A stretch of DNA of 64,000 nt from Tolypothrix carrinoi HA7290-LM1 (GCA_019358935.1 JAHHIK010000021.1:24197-88196); one strand, 5' to 3'; shown: positions 42,841 to 53,870, counted from the first letter of the stretch. Notes: generated from the letters alone by a model not told the origin. Numbers and translations: made by a program.

Positions 42841-43329
42841 TTAGCTATTGTAGCCAACGTCATTGACATCGAAAGCTGCGGGAATGTATTCTTGCAGCGT
42901 TAAGTAATGTACCCCATCCGAGGAACTAGCTAGAACTTCGGAGCTAGCTATAACCGCACGCAGTTTTTTTGAGATTCGTTGACATTGTACTATAGCAACA
43001 TCAAATCGGCAAGGATAATCTGCTTTCTCAGGATACTCTGATAAAAACATCTGCGCTGTACTAAAGAGTTTTGCTTGCTTTTGTCGGGTGATAGCGCTTC
43101 TTCCCCCTGCATCCCAATTAAGCGAACTGCGAGTTTTGACTTCAATAAATGCCAGCATTAAGTTATCTGGTTTCCCGTCTTCAAATTGGGCAATGATGTC
43201 TATTTCTCCCCAGCGACAAGAAAAGCGACGATGCAGAACAATCCAACCTGTAGATTGTAACCATTGCGCTACTAGGTCTTCTCCTAAAGTACCGATATCG
43301 GGATAATGAGATGAAGTCCGATTCGCCAT
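42841..43329 (-). CDS. YraN family protein
   Basis: GEDLVAQWL, GEIDIIA, FIEVKTR, CRFDV. Confidence 0.9.
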   Translation of the reverse strand: MANRTSSHYPDIGTLGEDLVAQWLQSTGWIVLHRRFSCRWGEIDIIAQFEDGKPDNLMLAFIEVKTRSSLNWDAGGRSAITRQKQAKLFSTAQMFLSEYPEKADYPCRFDVAIVQCQRISKKLRAVIASSEVLASSSDGVHYLTLQEYIPAAFDVNDVGYNS

Positions 43330-43343
43330 TGGCTAAAAATAGC

Positions 43344-43916
43344 ATGAATTCTATCTTATGCGATCGCCTAACAATTGCTTTTACGAAATCCCCAACTCAG
43401 CTAGGGTTGCAGGGTAAAACAGTAAATCGCATTTGGGCAAGCATACTCAGTTTATTGTTTTGGCTATCAGTTTTGATCGCAGCATCTTTCTATTCTGTGC
43501 CAAACGCTTTTGCGCTGGAATATAACAAAGAAATTCTGATCCAAGCTGATTTCTCAGGACGTGATTTAACAGATTCTAGCTTTACTAAAGCTAATCTTCG
43601 CTCTAGCAACTTTAGCCATTCTAATTTGAAAGGTGTTAGCTTTTTTGCGGCAAATCTAGAGTCGGTAAATTTTGAGGGTGCCGATCTCTCAAATGCCACT
43701 CTAGACTCAGCTCGTTTGATAAAAGCGAATTTGACAAATGCAGTATTAGAAGGTGCCTTTGCTGCTAGCGCTAGGTTTGATGGTGCGATTATTGACGGGG
43801 CAGATTTTACTGATGTGCTGCTGCGTCGGGATGAGCAAAACAAACTTTGCAAAATCGCTAAAGGTACAAATCCCACGACGGGACGAAATACCCGCGATAC
43901 TTTGTTTTGTTCGTAA
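43344..43916 (+). CDS. Pentapeptide repeat protein (secreted/lumenal type)
   Basis: A(D/N)L repeats, 'GADFTDVLL', 'GTNPTTGRNTRDTLFC'. Confidence 0.9.
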   Translation: MNSILCDRLTIAFTKSPTQLGLQGKTVNRIWASILSLLFWLSVLIAASFYSVPNAFALEYNKEILIQADFSGRDLTDSSFTKANLRSSNFSHSNLKGVSFFAANLESVNFEGADLSNATLDSARLIKANLTNAVLEGAFAASARFDGAIIDGADFTDVLLRRDEQNKLCKIAKGTNPTTGRNTRDTLFCS

Positions 43917-44165
43917 AAGTTAATACTAACGTGCGTCGTGAGGGTCAACTGACCCTCAAACTACTTTTAGCACGCTTTCAACAAAAGTCTAACGTAGTTC
44001 TTTGCCATGACAACAGCAAAGTGTATGGGAAACCAGAGTGCATTCTTTGCCGTTATTTTTCCGGTACAGTGGCTTAAAGTCAAACATCCAGGGATAGATA
44101 TTTCAAAGCACTTATTGTTACGTTTTATTACAAATCAGTAGATGTGCGTTAGCTTACACAAAACT

Positions 44166-44402
44166 TCAAACTACAGCTTCGTTTTTCTGACAATCAAAAA
44201 CTACCATCAAGCTGACGTCAGGTGTGAGTTGACGTAAAAGCCGCAAATGACCTTCTGCATCAGACTGATTGCGGAATCGAGCGATAATTTCTTGTTGCGT
44301 ATCGGGAAGCAAACGAGCAACAGCCCAAGAACTAAGACGCTTTTTATAAGCGATCGCACCAGAAGAAGAGACGGAATCGCTGTAATCTCTGTTTTGTGGC
44401 AT
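44166..44402 (-). CDS. Small hypothetical protein, paralog of 54297-54548
   Basis: MPQNRDYSDS...W.VARLLPD...ARFR..SDAEGH..LLRQL.PD...VVFDCQ shared by both copies. Confidence 0.8.
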   Translation of the reverse strand: MPQNRDYSDSVSSSGAIAYKKRLSSWAVARLLPDTQQEIIARFRNQSDAEGHLRLLRQLTPDVSLMVVFDCQKNEAVV

Positions 44403-44431
44403 GATATATGTTATCCTTATGTGTTTGAGTC

Positions 44432-44475
44432 AAGGGCGTTAGTAAGTCTCTTGGCGGGGATGGACTAACGCCTTT
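44432..44475 (-). promoter_or_regulatory. Conserved leader hairpin (copy 1)
   Basis: AAAGGCGTTAGT-CCATCCCCGCCAAGAGACTT-ACTAACGCCCTT on the minus strand; TTGACA at 44522-44517. Confidence 0.7.
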
Positions 44476-44719
44476 TTAAATGATGCTCCCACTTGGATAT
44501 CACAGTAATTCTAGATTGTCAACAGTGCCCTCGCCACTTTAATAATTGATGAAAGCGAAAACTTTAACATCGAGGTGCGGCTTTCAATCAAAGTCAACAG
44601 CTGGATATTTGTCAAACGTGCCTGGTAGCTGTGTACTTGTGATCGCGCAGGGGAAATTCAATCGTACCAAAACAGGCGATTGCCCAAGGGGCAACGGCAA
44701 AGCCGAACGCAATTTATCT

Positions 44720-45304
44720 TTAAGCTTGATTTACTGCATCAAAGATTTGTGATACTTTGAGATTTAGTTGACTAAATTGCGGCGATACAACTAAATCATT
44801 ACCAGAAAAGTTACCTATCTCAGTGTAAGTTTTGTCAATCAGTTCTAAGATTAATATAGTCTGAGCTTCGGGGTCAATAATCCAATATTCAGGAATCCCA
44901 CAATCTTGATACTGCGATCGCTTGGCGATAAAATCTCTATCTCGTTGCAATTCTCCTGGACTAACCACTTCAATCACCAGTAGAGGCGGTAGCATCTCTA
45001 AGCGAATAGTATTACGTTTTGCTAACTGCTGAATATGCTCTTCCCTAATAATTGTCAGGTCAGGATAACGGTTTCTAGGTTCTCCTCTGACTTCCAGTTC
45101 TAAACCATGTCCTCGCACTTGATCGATCCCTACAATCATCGCAAAAATCAGCAAAAGACGATTAGCAATCTGAACATTAGTGCCTGATTCTGGAGGCATC
45201 TCGATTAACTCTCCATTAAACAACTCATAGAGTTTATCTGTGCCATCATCATAAGATAGGTATTCTTCAAAGCTTTGAAATCTATGTTTAATATGTAGCA
45301 TCAA
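44720..45304 (-). CDS. Uma2 family endonuclease
   Basis: YELFNGELIEMPPES, RYPDL, LVIEVVSPG, GIPEYWIIDP. Confidence 0.92.
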   Translation of the reverse strand: MMLHIKHRFQSFEEYLSYDDGTDKLYELFNGELIEMPPESGTNVQIANRLLLIFAMIVGIDQVRGHGLELEVRGEPRNRYPDLTIIREEHIQQLAKRNTIRLEMLPPLLVIEVVSPGELQRDRDFIAKRSQYQDCGIPEYWIIDPEAQTILILELIDKTYTEIGNFSGNDLVVSPQFSQLNLKVSQIFDAVNQA

Positions 45305-45615
45305 GGTTACTCCATGATGAGTCTCAATGCAAGTTTAGCCGATCTTGCACTCCACACCAGAAACAGTCATTGAAACCGCCTTCAGCATCGAAACGACCCG
45401 TCATGAATATCGCGTCATTTCCATGTAGGAGGAAAATCCCCAACTGTTCCTTTAGACCACATTTGATTTTTTGAAACTTCAGAAGTAGGTCGTTTTTTCA
45501 AAAATCTTTGGGGGAATCCTATATAAAACCTGCTAGTGGTGCTATATAGCAAGCCGCAGGACACCCTACATTGTCGCAATGATAATTAAGAGCGTTTTGT
45601 TTAGCAACGCGATGA

Positions 45616-45963
45616 TTACCAATTTTTACCTAGCAAAGATTCAAATTCCGATTGTAAAGCTTTGATATCGGCAATTCTTGCCACTAGTAAATTATCCCTA
45701 CCAGCATCAGTTAAACGTGATTTCCAATAGCCAATACTGTCTGAATTGTTCAACCAAAACTGAATCACCGTATCTACTACTTGATCCAAATCCCAATTCC
45801 ATTTAGGCGGAACTGGTTCTACAGACTCGATCAACGCATCAAGGGTACATTTATACGTTCCTATGTATTCTACCCCTTGGTGTTGTGGTTTTTGGCAAAT
45901 CTGTTGATGATTAAAAAATTGCAAAACAGGAGATACACCTACAATATCAAAAGAGTACTTCAT
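45616..45963 (-). CDS. Conserved hypothetical protein
   Basis: MKYSFDIVGVSPVL..., 115 aa. Confidence 0.7.
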   Translation of the reverse strand: MKYSFDIVGVSPVLQFFNHQQICQKPQHQGVEYIGTYKCTLDALIESVEPVPPKWNWDLDQVVDTVIQFWLNNSDSIGYWKSRLTDAGRDNLLVARIADIKALQSEFESLLGKNW

Positions 45964-46146
45964 TGCAGTTGTCCTGGTGTTTATTATTTTGAGGATACAA
46001 AATATTATCGCTCTTAACAGTTAAATATTTCTCTATATCTAAGGTATTAAAATTATCGCGAAAATTAGCACTTAAAGCTGATGAGTGCTAATGTTGAGAA
46101 AAAGATTTGAGGTATTATTAAATAGTTTTAAGCATTAAACAAAGGG

Positions 46147-47082
46147 GTGCAGATTATTTTTAATATTTTTTTAAATATTCCACTCACAGATTTTAAAGGT
46201 GAAGTGGCGGCTTTGTTGGCGGCTGGTTTTTGGGCTGTAGCTTCGGTGGTGTATGGGCGTTTGGGGCAACGTATTCCGCCACTGCAACTGAACTTACTCA
46301 AAGGGATAATTGCGATCGCTCTTTTAACAATCACCATTTTTGTGCGGAGAGAATTTTTCCCAATCTTGACAATTGTTCCCCTAAGTCTATTATTACTCAG
46401 CGGCATTGTTGGTATTGGTTTGGGCGATTTAGCCTTTCTTGCGGCGATAAATTCTTTCGGTGCGCGTCGAACGTTACTTATGGGAACTCTTGCACCACCA
46501 ATGACGGCAATAATCGCGCAGATTTTTCTTCAAGAAAAGCTGAATGTGAATGCTTGGTGCGGCATTTTGCTGACGATTGTGGGAGTTGCTTGGGTGGTGA
46601 CTGAAAGATTGCCGGATAGCAGCGGTAATTCCTCAACGCAACTATCGCGAGGAATCGGCTTTGGTTTATTAGCAGCGATCGCCAATGCAATTGGGGGTGT
46701 TCTTTCTCGTGCAGCACTTGCCAATACCAGCATTCCACCTTTGTGGGCATCTTTGTTTCGGTTGATTGCAGGGGTGTTGATTCTCTTACCGTTAGTATGG
46801 TTATCTTGGCGTCGGGGCAGGATAATTTTGTCGGAGTTGCAATCAACGCGAGTAATTATAGCAACTTTTTTTGCGGCGTTTTGCGGAACTTATTTAGGTA
46901 TTTGGTTGCAGCAGACGGCAATTAAATTTACCCCAGCGGGAATTGCTTTAACTTTATTGCAGACAAGTCCGCTGTTTATCATGCCTTTGGCTATTTGCAT
47001 GGGTGAAAAAGTCAGCTTTCGGGCGATCGCTGGTGTGGTCATAGCGATCGCGGGAATTGCATTGTTATTTTATTTACGGTAA
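46147..47082 (+). CDS. DMT/EamA family transporter
   Basis: Ten TM segments, two EamA repeats, FLQEK and MGEKVS. Confidence 0.9.
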   Translation: MQIIFNIFLNIPLTDFKGEVAALLAAGFWAVASVVYGRLGQRIPPLQLNLLKGIIAIALLTITIFVRREFFPILTIVPLSLLLLSGIVGIGLGDLAFLAAINSFGARRTLLMGTLAPPMTAIIAQIFLQEKLNVNAWCGILLTIVGVAWVVTERLPDSSGNSSTQLSRGIGFGLLAAIANAIGGVLSRAALANTSIPPLWASLFRLIAGVLILLPLVWLSWRRGRIILSELQSTRVIIATFFAAFCGTYLGIWLQQTAIKFTPAGIALTLLQTSPLFIMPLAICMGEKVSFRAIAGVVIAIAGIALLFYLR

Positions 47083-47165
47083 CAAAAGAAATACTTACTT
47101 TACACTTATTTACCCCGAAAAAACAAAGAAAAAAAGGGAACACACTATTTGTTACTCAAATCTTA

Positions 47166-48056
47166 TCAGGAATGTTGTTGCCAAAACACACAATCTTTTT
47201 GCGCTTTGGAAAGATTATTCACCAGTGATAGTAAATTTTCTTGATTGAGAGACAATGTGCTGTATAATTGGTTTTTTGGTTGTCTAGAAGTGTAATCAAA
47301 AAAGACAGCGAATCTATCGTCAGCTACAGGTATCTTTCCCCGATGGAAGATGCTACTAGTAGCAGCAAAAATTACTGTACCAGAAAGTCCCGTGCATGAT
47401 TTCCAATTGGATGGAGATAGTGCTTGTTGCATAGTTTCGTCTATTACGTAACCAGAGCGATATTTCAAAGAGCGAGCGACTGTTGAGGTTAAAGACTGGG
47501 GAATGTATTGAAAAGGACCTCCATCTTCATTTACATCATTTAAATAAACAATAATTTTCAGGACTTTTCTATCTTCCAAATCTATATGCCAAAGTCTTGA
47601 TTTTATCGCTACCTCATTGGCGATATCTCTGCGAAAAAATACGCCTTGATATGCTACTGGTAGACCAAGATAATTTTCGACGATGTTAAGTAAACGTTGT
47701 TCAAGTCCCCACAAGAAAATCTCTGGATGCTCCATCATTTGTTGAGAAGTAGCATGAACAACAAACTCGTTTTTTTGACCAGAAATACTTTTTGGTATTT
47801 CTGACATTAGCTTTTTGGCAACCTGGAAAAAACGAGGATTAGAAGGAATTCCTAAGGCTGATAATGAAGTAATTACTACTCCATCACGTTTAATAGTCTC
47901 AACTAAAGTGCGATCGCTTGTTGAAAGAACAGGTAGATTGACAAGATGTTTGTTCAGCGCTGTCTGATAAACAAGCTCAGATTTCGCTTGCACAAATGGT
48001 ATTTGCGTTAACTTCCTTATTATTTTATTACGTGCTTTTTGAACCAGTATGTACAT
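47166..48056 (-). CDS. 2OG-Fe(II) oxygenase-like protein
   Basis: WHID (HxD), IVYLNDV, GGPFQYIP, FHRG. Confidence 0.75.
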   Translation of the reverse strand: MYILVQKARNKIIRKLTQIPFVQAKSELVYQTALNKHLVNLPVLSTSDRTLVETIKRDGVVITSLSALGIPSNPRFFQVAKKLMSEIPKSISGQKNEFVVHATSQQMMEHPEIFLWGLEQRLLNIVENYLGLPVAYQGVFFRRDIANEVAIKSRLWHIDLEDRKVLKIIVYLNDVNEDGGPFQYIPQSLTSTVARSLKYRSGYVIDETMQQALSPSNWKSCTGLSGTVIFAATSSIFHRGKIPVADDRFAVFFDYTSRQPKNQLYSTLSLNQENLLSLVNNLSKAQKDCVFWQQHS

Positions 48057-48950
48057 GAAAGTAACCTTGTTTGATTGTACAGAATTTTATCATTACATAT
48101 TTTTTTGTATTATTTAATACTTTTAAAAAAGTAAATCTTTTTTTTAATTATTGGCAAACGCAAGCTCGATATTCTCTAAACATTCAGTTTTACTGAAAAT
48201 TTATTCATGATTGCTTGACAAAAAATCTTGTCGCAATACTTTTTTAAGTATTCCGGCTTCACTTCGGATAATAATCAACACACTTATGTTGTAAGGTAAT
48301 ATCTGAATGAGTGTCAAGTCGGTTAACACTACCAAATCAATTAAATGTGCGAATTTTATACCAGAAAATAATTTATCTTTCTGGTCTGAGACTTATTGCT
48401 ATCTAGAATATGCAATGATGAGAGAAAAATTATCCGAACTATGATGACGCAATCAAAACAAAGGACACGATAATTTCCGCCAAGCGTAGGTTTTTAGGAG
48501 AAAAAAGGATGTTAATTGATACTCCTATTTTCTCCGACTGCTTAATAATTAAACTGAGGTAGATTCTGCCCAAATGCGAACTTATTAATTTTTCCGAAAA
48601 GTCATCTGCAAAAGTCGAAAATATTATTCCTTTTGCTTTGAATGTGCTTGTATTATGAAAAATTATAAGTAGAAACACGAAAAGTGTCCAATTATTTATC
48701 TATACTTTTAGATAAATTTAAAATTCCTTTATAAAATCTGGTAATGCATTACGGTAACTTTATAATTATAAGTATTCTTGTCTGGTAAATGGGGAGTAAG
48801 GGCTAGTAAAGTTAAATTTAATACTTTGTTGTGTAGCGACACAACGGGGTATATTTGGGAAAAAGGATAACATTTTTTACATAAATACTTAGATAATTGA
48901 ACTCACCCGCCGTGATATTATCGTGCTTTGACTATTAGAGAAGAAATGAT

Positions 48951-49358
48951 ATGGTGCGGCTGATTTTGACAGCGATTTTGCTGTTACTATTGACAGCATG
49001 TGGTAGTGGATTTTTGCCAACTAGCCGATTGGTGCAAAAAGCGATCGCAATTCAACTTGAGGAAACCCAACAGCAACTTGAGGGACAGCTAAATCTCGAT
49101 TTTCGCGGCTTTGAAATCAATCGACTAAAAATTACTCAGGAAAAATCCCTAACGATTCAAAATTTACCTGTTTATCGTATTCGCGGAACTTACAATCTCG
49201 TCTTCAAACTACCAGAACGAAAGTTAACGCAACCTCAAAAACCTTTTGAAGTTTATTTACAACTTCAAAAAGAAGGCAAAACCTGGCGATTGCTGCTTCC
49301 GCAAAAGGATAGCAAGGATTCTCAACCAGTTTGGCGCAGTTATTCAATTGAGGGTTAG
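48951..49358 (+). CDS. Hypothetical lipoprotein
   Basis: LTAC lipobox. Confidence 0.75.
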   Translation: MVRLILTAILLLLLTACGSGFLPTSRLVQKAIAIQLEETQQQLEGQLNLDFRGFEINRLKITQEKSLTIQNLPVYRIRGTYNLVFKLPERKLTQPQKPFEVYLQLQKEGKTWRLLLPQKDSKDSQPVWRSYSIEG

Positions 49359-49495
49359 CAAAAAGTTATAAGTTATGAGTTATGAGTTGTTGATTCAAAA
49401 CTGAAAACTTTCAATTTATAACTTTGAAATCTTAATTCTTAACTCCTAACTCCTGTACAGACGCGATCGGTCGCGTCTCTACAACTCCTAACTTT

Positions 49496-50848
49496 TTACA
49501 GTAACCCTGCTGATTCATACAATCGTTTGAGCATTGCTGTAATTTTGGTGCCATATTGCAAATCTGCTGACCATCGTCCTGATAATTTATCTATTGTTGG
49601 TGCTACACCGCGAGTTACAAAACGAAACCGAGGATCTACTATTTCATTAACTAAGGGTTCTAGACTGGCGTAAGCTTTTAAATGTTGAATGTGCGCTCGT
49701 ACTCCAGTTCTAGCATTATCAAACTTCGCCGCTTCTAAACTACCACCAATTGTGCCTAACCCGGCAAAGTTATTTTGCTCAGGTTTAACATCGCCACCAA
49801 AGCGTAAAAATCCCGTTTCTAAACACATTTGACAGAAGGCGATGTCATAGTTTACCCCCTCTACAGTGGCTTCTTCTCGATAGAGTTTCGGCAAGTCGGG
49901 AAACTTTGCCAAAGCGCTTTCGTTGTTGTTTTTTAGGAATAGCTGTAACTGCACTTCTGAGGTATAACCACGCGCCATAATTTGGTCAATTTGATTGGGA
50001 TTAATTACCAAATTGGAGCGTAAAGAAATAGTGCGGGTAGTACTGTCCCAGCTAATCGAAACGTTAAAATCTCGCAGTTCAACTGCTTTGACATAAACAA
50101 CTTTGCGATAGGTAATACGCCGCACGTTAGGTGCTTTTGATAAATCGATTCGCAAACGATCTACTAAATCAATGGGGATGTATGCATTACCATTAATTAG
50201 TATTCCTTTTTCGGAATAATTTTGACCGTTGATTTTGATGTTGATTGGCGGATAATTTGGATCTGGGGTAGGAGCAGAACCTGGGTCAATTGTACGACTC
50301 CAAGATGCCAGTCCATCGGCGATTCCTAAGGCAAAGTCGCGACGCCGATTTTGCAGTAAAGCGCGATCGTCTGGACTGCTGAGAAAGCCAACTTGCATTA
50401 TCATTGAAGCGATCGCTGTTTGCCGACAAAATGCCAAACTACCCAATCCACTATCTGTATCTGGCTTGACTCCCCGATTGGGTAACTGGGGTACGCGACG
50501 CAATAACCCCACCAGCAGTAGTTCCGCATTACTTCTACGCTCATCATTGTTGGCGATGTAGAATACACTAGCCCCACGCACAGAAGGATTGCTTGCAGCA
50601 TCAGCATGAATTTCTAACGCCACATCGCGATCGCGTGCGCGAGAATTGATCCAGTTGATAGTTTGCGCTGCGCTTAAGTCATCCGGAACCGCTAAAACTT
50701 CAACAGAACGCGATCGCAATTCTGTCACAATCAAATCTCGCAGCAATATCATTTCCCTAGCTTCGGTTGTACCACCCGCGATTGAACCGGGATCGATTCG
50801 TGTTGCTTCTTTGCCTCCGTGAGCCGCCGAAATAAAAATACGTCCCAT
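49496..50848 (-). CDS. tftA: Amidase_3 plus glucosaminidase-like protein (hormogonium morphoprotein TftA-like)
   Basis: MGRIFISAAHGG, LEIHAD; C-terminal 'AFCQMCLETGFL...QNNFAGLG...GVRAHIQHLKAYAS...LSGRW'. Confidence 0.75.
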   Translation of the reverse strand: MGRIFISAAHGGKEATRIDPGSIAGGTTEAREMILLRDLIVTELRSRSVEVLAVPDDLSAAQTINWINSRARDRDVALEIHADAASNPSVRGASVFYIANNDERRSNAELLLVGLLRRVPQLPNRGVKPDTDSGLGSLAFCRQTAIASMIMQVGFLSSPDDRALLQNRRRDFALGIADGLASWSRTIDPGSAPTPDPNYPPINIKINGQNYSEKGILINGNAYIPIDLVDRLRIDLSKAPNVRRITYRKVVYVKAVELRDFNVSISWDSTTRTISLRSNLVINPNQIDQIMARGYTSEVQLQLFLKNNNESALAKFPDLPKLYREEATVEGVNYDIAFCQMCLETGFLRFGGDVKPEQNNFAGLGTIGGSLEAAKFDNARTGVRAHIQHLKAYASLEPLVNEIVDPRFRFVTRGVAPTIDKLSGRWSADLQYGTKITAMLKRLYESAGLL

Positions 50849-50938
50849 ATATGCGTATTTCCTCTGATAAAATTAAGCATTAGTGATTCTATACATCTTT
50901 CTTGGCTTTGGAACAAGAATATAATAGCGATCGGGAGA

Positions 50939-51194
50939 TAGTTGTTAATTGTTGGTTGTTAGTTGATAGTTGATGGTTGTTGGTTGTTGGTTGTTGGTTG
51001 TTGGTTGATAGTTGATGGTTGATAGTTGATGGTTGATAGTTGATGGTTGTTGGTTGATAGTTGACGCTAACCACTCTCCACTCTCCACTACCCACTACCC
51101 ACTACCCACTACCCACTACCCATTACCCATTACCCATTACCCATTACCCACTCCCCCACTCCCCACTCCCCACTCCCCACTCCCCACTCCCCAC
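50939..51194. repeat. STRR arrays (GTTGATG/GTTGTTG)n and (TACCCAC/CTCCCCA)n
   Basis: Direct reading; lies in the tftA-dnaG divergent region. Confidence 0.9.
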
Positions 51195-51204
51195 TAACTC
51201 GAAA

Positions 51205-53130
51205 ATGCAAATACCCCGCTTACATCCAGACACAATAGACGAAATTAAACAACGAGCTGACATTGTGGATGTCGTCTCCGAGTACGTAGTTTTACGTAAG
51301 CGCGGGAAAGATTTTGTTGGTTTATGTCCCTTCCACGATGAGAAAACTCCTAGTTTTACAGTTAGCCAAACCAAGCAGATGTACTACTGTTTTGGCTGTC
51401 AAGCAGGGGGAAATGCCATTAAGTTTTTGATGGAGTTGGGGAAGCGCTCTTTTGCAGAGGTGGTGCTAGATTTAGCACGGCGTTATCAAGTGCCGGTGCA
51501 AACACTCTTACCAGAACAGCGGCAAGAGTTGCAGCGTCAGCTTTCTTTGCGCGAACAGTTATATGAAGTTCTCGCTTCGACGACACAATTTTATCAACAT
51601 GCGCTGAGACAACCCCCAGGAGAAAAAGCGATTGAATATTTACGCGATCGCCTTTTCAAGGAAGAAACAATTCAGCAATTCGGCTTAGGTTACGCCCCAA
51701 GCGGTTGGGAAACCTTATATCGCTATCTTGTGCAGGATAAACATTATCCAGTGCAACTGGTGGAAAAAGCGGGATTGATTAAGCCGCGTAAGGAAGGAGG
51801 GGGTTATTATGATGTGTTTCGCGATCGCCTAATAATTCCCATCCGTGATGTACAAGGACGGGTGATAGGCTTTGGTGGCAGAACTCTCACCGATGAACAA
51901 CCCAAATATCTAAATTCACCAGAAACTGAGCTTTTTAGTAAGGGTAAGACTTTATTCGCTCTCGATCAAGCTAAAGCCGGGATTTCGCAAGTCGATTCGG
52001 CTGTGGTGGTAGAGGGATATTTTGATGCGATCGCTCTTCATGCTGCTGGTATAACTAACGTGGTTGCTTCTCTTGGTACAGCATTAAGTTTAGAACAAGT
52101 ACGCCTAGTATTGCGCTACTGTGATTCTAAACAGTTGATACTCAACTTTGATGCTGATAAAGCTGGGACAAATGCCGCAGAACGAGCCATTGGAGAAATT
52201 GCCGAACTTGCGTATAAAGGCGAAGTTCAACTAAAGATTCTCAACTTGCCTAATGGGAAAGATGCTGATGAATATTTGCGCGAATATAAGCCGGAAGATT
52301 ATCGAGAATTGTTAGCAAATGCCCCACTGTGGCTGAATTGGCAGATTTCGCAAATTACTCAAGACCGCGACTTGAAACAGGCTACAGATTTTCAGCAAGT
52401 TTCGCAAGAGATAGTAAAGTTACTGAAAAGAATAGAAAATAAAGATACGCGAACTTATTACGTTTCTTACTGTGCAGAAATACTCAGCTTGGGGGATACG
52501 AGACTTATACCATTACGGGTGGAAAATCTTTTAACGCAGATTGCGCCTTTGTCTACGTCGTACCGTCAGCCAACACCGCTACGCAAGCATTCAAAAGCTC
52601 GTGTAAAAAAAGCATCTGTAATAGATAATACTGATCGCGGTCTTTTAGATCAAGCAGAGGCTTTATTACTGCGGATTTATTTACATTGTCCCGAACAGCG
52701 TCAAGCTATTATTGCAGCTTTAGAGGAGCGAGATTTACAATTTAGTCTTTCGCACCACCGATTTTTGTGGCAAAAGATTTTAGAGATTCCCCTTGACATA
52801 GATGTTAATTTAGTATCCACTTTGCAAGATAGATATTTGGAATTTTCGGAGGAAATGAAGTTAGTTTCGCATCTATTTCATGTGAGCGAGAAAGAACAAA
52901 AAGAAATTTTGCGTACTCCGCAAGTGATTCAAGTTACCACTGCTTGTATGGAGCGAGTGTTGCGAGAAAAGCGCTGCCGTCACTATTTGGAATTGTGGAA
53001 GCAAACCGATCCAGAAGCTGAACCAGAGCGATATCAATCATATTGTGATGCCTTCTATGCCGAAAACCTGCGAATTCAGGAATTAGACCGGCAACGGCTA
53101 TATTCGATTACAGATTTGTTGTCGGGTTGA
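51205..53130 (+). CDS. dnaG: DNA primase
   Basis: CPFHDEKTPS..CFGC zinc finger, PKYLNSPET, VEGYFD, FDADKAG, KDADE. Confidence 0.97.
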   Translation: MQIPRLHPDTIDEIKQRADIVDVVSEYVVLRKRGKDFVGLCPFHDEKTPSFTVSQTKQMYYCFGCQAGGNAIKFLMELGKRSFAEVVLDLARRYQVPVQTLLPEQRQELQRQLSLREQLYEVLASTTQFYQHALRQPPGEKAIEYLRDRLFKEETIQQFGLGYAPSGWETLYRYLVQDKHYPVQLVEKAGLIKPRKEGGGYYDVFRDRLIIPIRDVQGRVIGFGGRTLTDEQPKYLNSPETELFSKGKTLFALDQAKAGISQVDSAVVVEGYFDAIALHAAGITNVVASLGTALSLEQVRLVLRYCDSKQLILNFDADKAGTNAAERAIGEIAELAYKGEVQLKILNLPNGKDADEYLREYKPEDYRELLANAPLWLNWQISQITQDRDLKQATDFQQVSQEIVKLLKRIENKDTRTYYVSYCAEILSLGDTRLIPLRVENLLTQIAPLSTSYRQPTPLRKHSKARVKKASVIDNTDRGLLDQAEALLLRIYLHCPEQRQAIIAALEERDLQFSLSHHRFLWQKILEIPLDIDVNLVSTLQDRYLEFSEEMKLVSHLFHVSEKEQKEILRTPQVIQVTTACMERVLREKRCRHYLELWKQTDPEAEPERYQSYCDAFYAENLRIQELDRQRLYSITDLLSG

Positions 53131-53152
53131 GGTTGATGTAGTGCGATCGCGC

Positions 53153-53242
53153 TGACCTCTCCCCCAACCCCTCTCCGAAACGGAGAGGGGAGTAAGATTA
53201 CTCCCCCTTCCCTCATAGGGAAGGGGGTAGGGGGTTAGGTCT
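53153..53242. repeat. CCCCCTTCCCT..AGGGAAGGGGG palindromic repeats, left flank of DUF559
   Basis: CCCTCTCCGAAACGGAGAGGG and CCCCCTTCCCTCATAGGGAAGGGGG hairpins. Confidence 0.8.
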
Positions 53243-53654
53243 CTTGAGAACAAGCTGTGGCAATACGCATCAAAACTTTATCAAGTTCGTGTCTCACTTA
53301 TTCATTTTTAATTCGCAACAAACGCAATCCCCGTGCTTTCAAAACTTTGTCACGTTCTGCATCGTATTCAACTTGTTGAGAGTGAATTTTGCCATCCACT
53401 TCAATAACTAATGCAGCAGCGTGACAGTAGAAATCTGCTAGAAATCCATCAATAATCTGTTGTCGGCGAAAGTGTAAATTATTCAAGCGATTTGCACGCA
53501 GATGTTGCCAAAGTATTTTTTCTTCTGGTGTCATTTTGCGACGAAATTCTTTAGCAAGTTGTTGTTTTGCAAAGGTGACTTTTTGTCCAATTACTATATT
53601 GCGAGTTTCCTCTTTTTTGGGTTTAGAGGGTTGTTGGGGTGTAGGGTTATTCAC
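53235..53654 (-). pseudogene. DUF559 (Vsr-like) endonuclease with a premature TAA near the C-terminus
   Basis: MTPEEKILWQHLR, FRRQ, ADFYC, IEVDG..H; frame continues past TAA 53298-53300 as NE*VRHELDKVLMRIATACSQET. Confidence 0.75.
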
Positions 53655-53696
53655 AAAGTTTGTATAGAAATAGATTTTTTATCTTTTCCATTATGG

Positions 53697-53870
53697 CTGA
53701 CCTCTCCCTGACTTTGACTAAAGTCAAAGTCGTCCCTCCCCTACGAGGGGAGGGAAATAAAATTCCCCCCTTCCCTCGTAGGGGGAAATTCATTTCCCCC
53801 CTTCCCTCGTAGGGAAAAATGAAATTCCCCCCTTCCCTCGTAGGGAAGGGGGGTAGGGGGGTTAGGTCTG
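53697..53870. repeat. Tandem CCCCCTTCCCTCGTAGGG palindromic repeats, right flank of DUF559
   Basis: Three to four copies at about 30-bp spacing. Confidence 0.8.

Noticed and set aside
48057..48950. 900-bp AT-rich intergenic region and ORF 48439-48678
   Set aside because: No repeats, convincing structure or coding signal; probably a divergent regulatory region.
51061..51204. N-terminal extension of DnaG (and similar ones on CoaE, the tocopherol methyltransferase and the 39.5-kb TPR gene)
   Set aside because: Encoded by heptamer repeats; conserved starts lie downstream.
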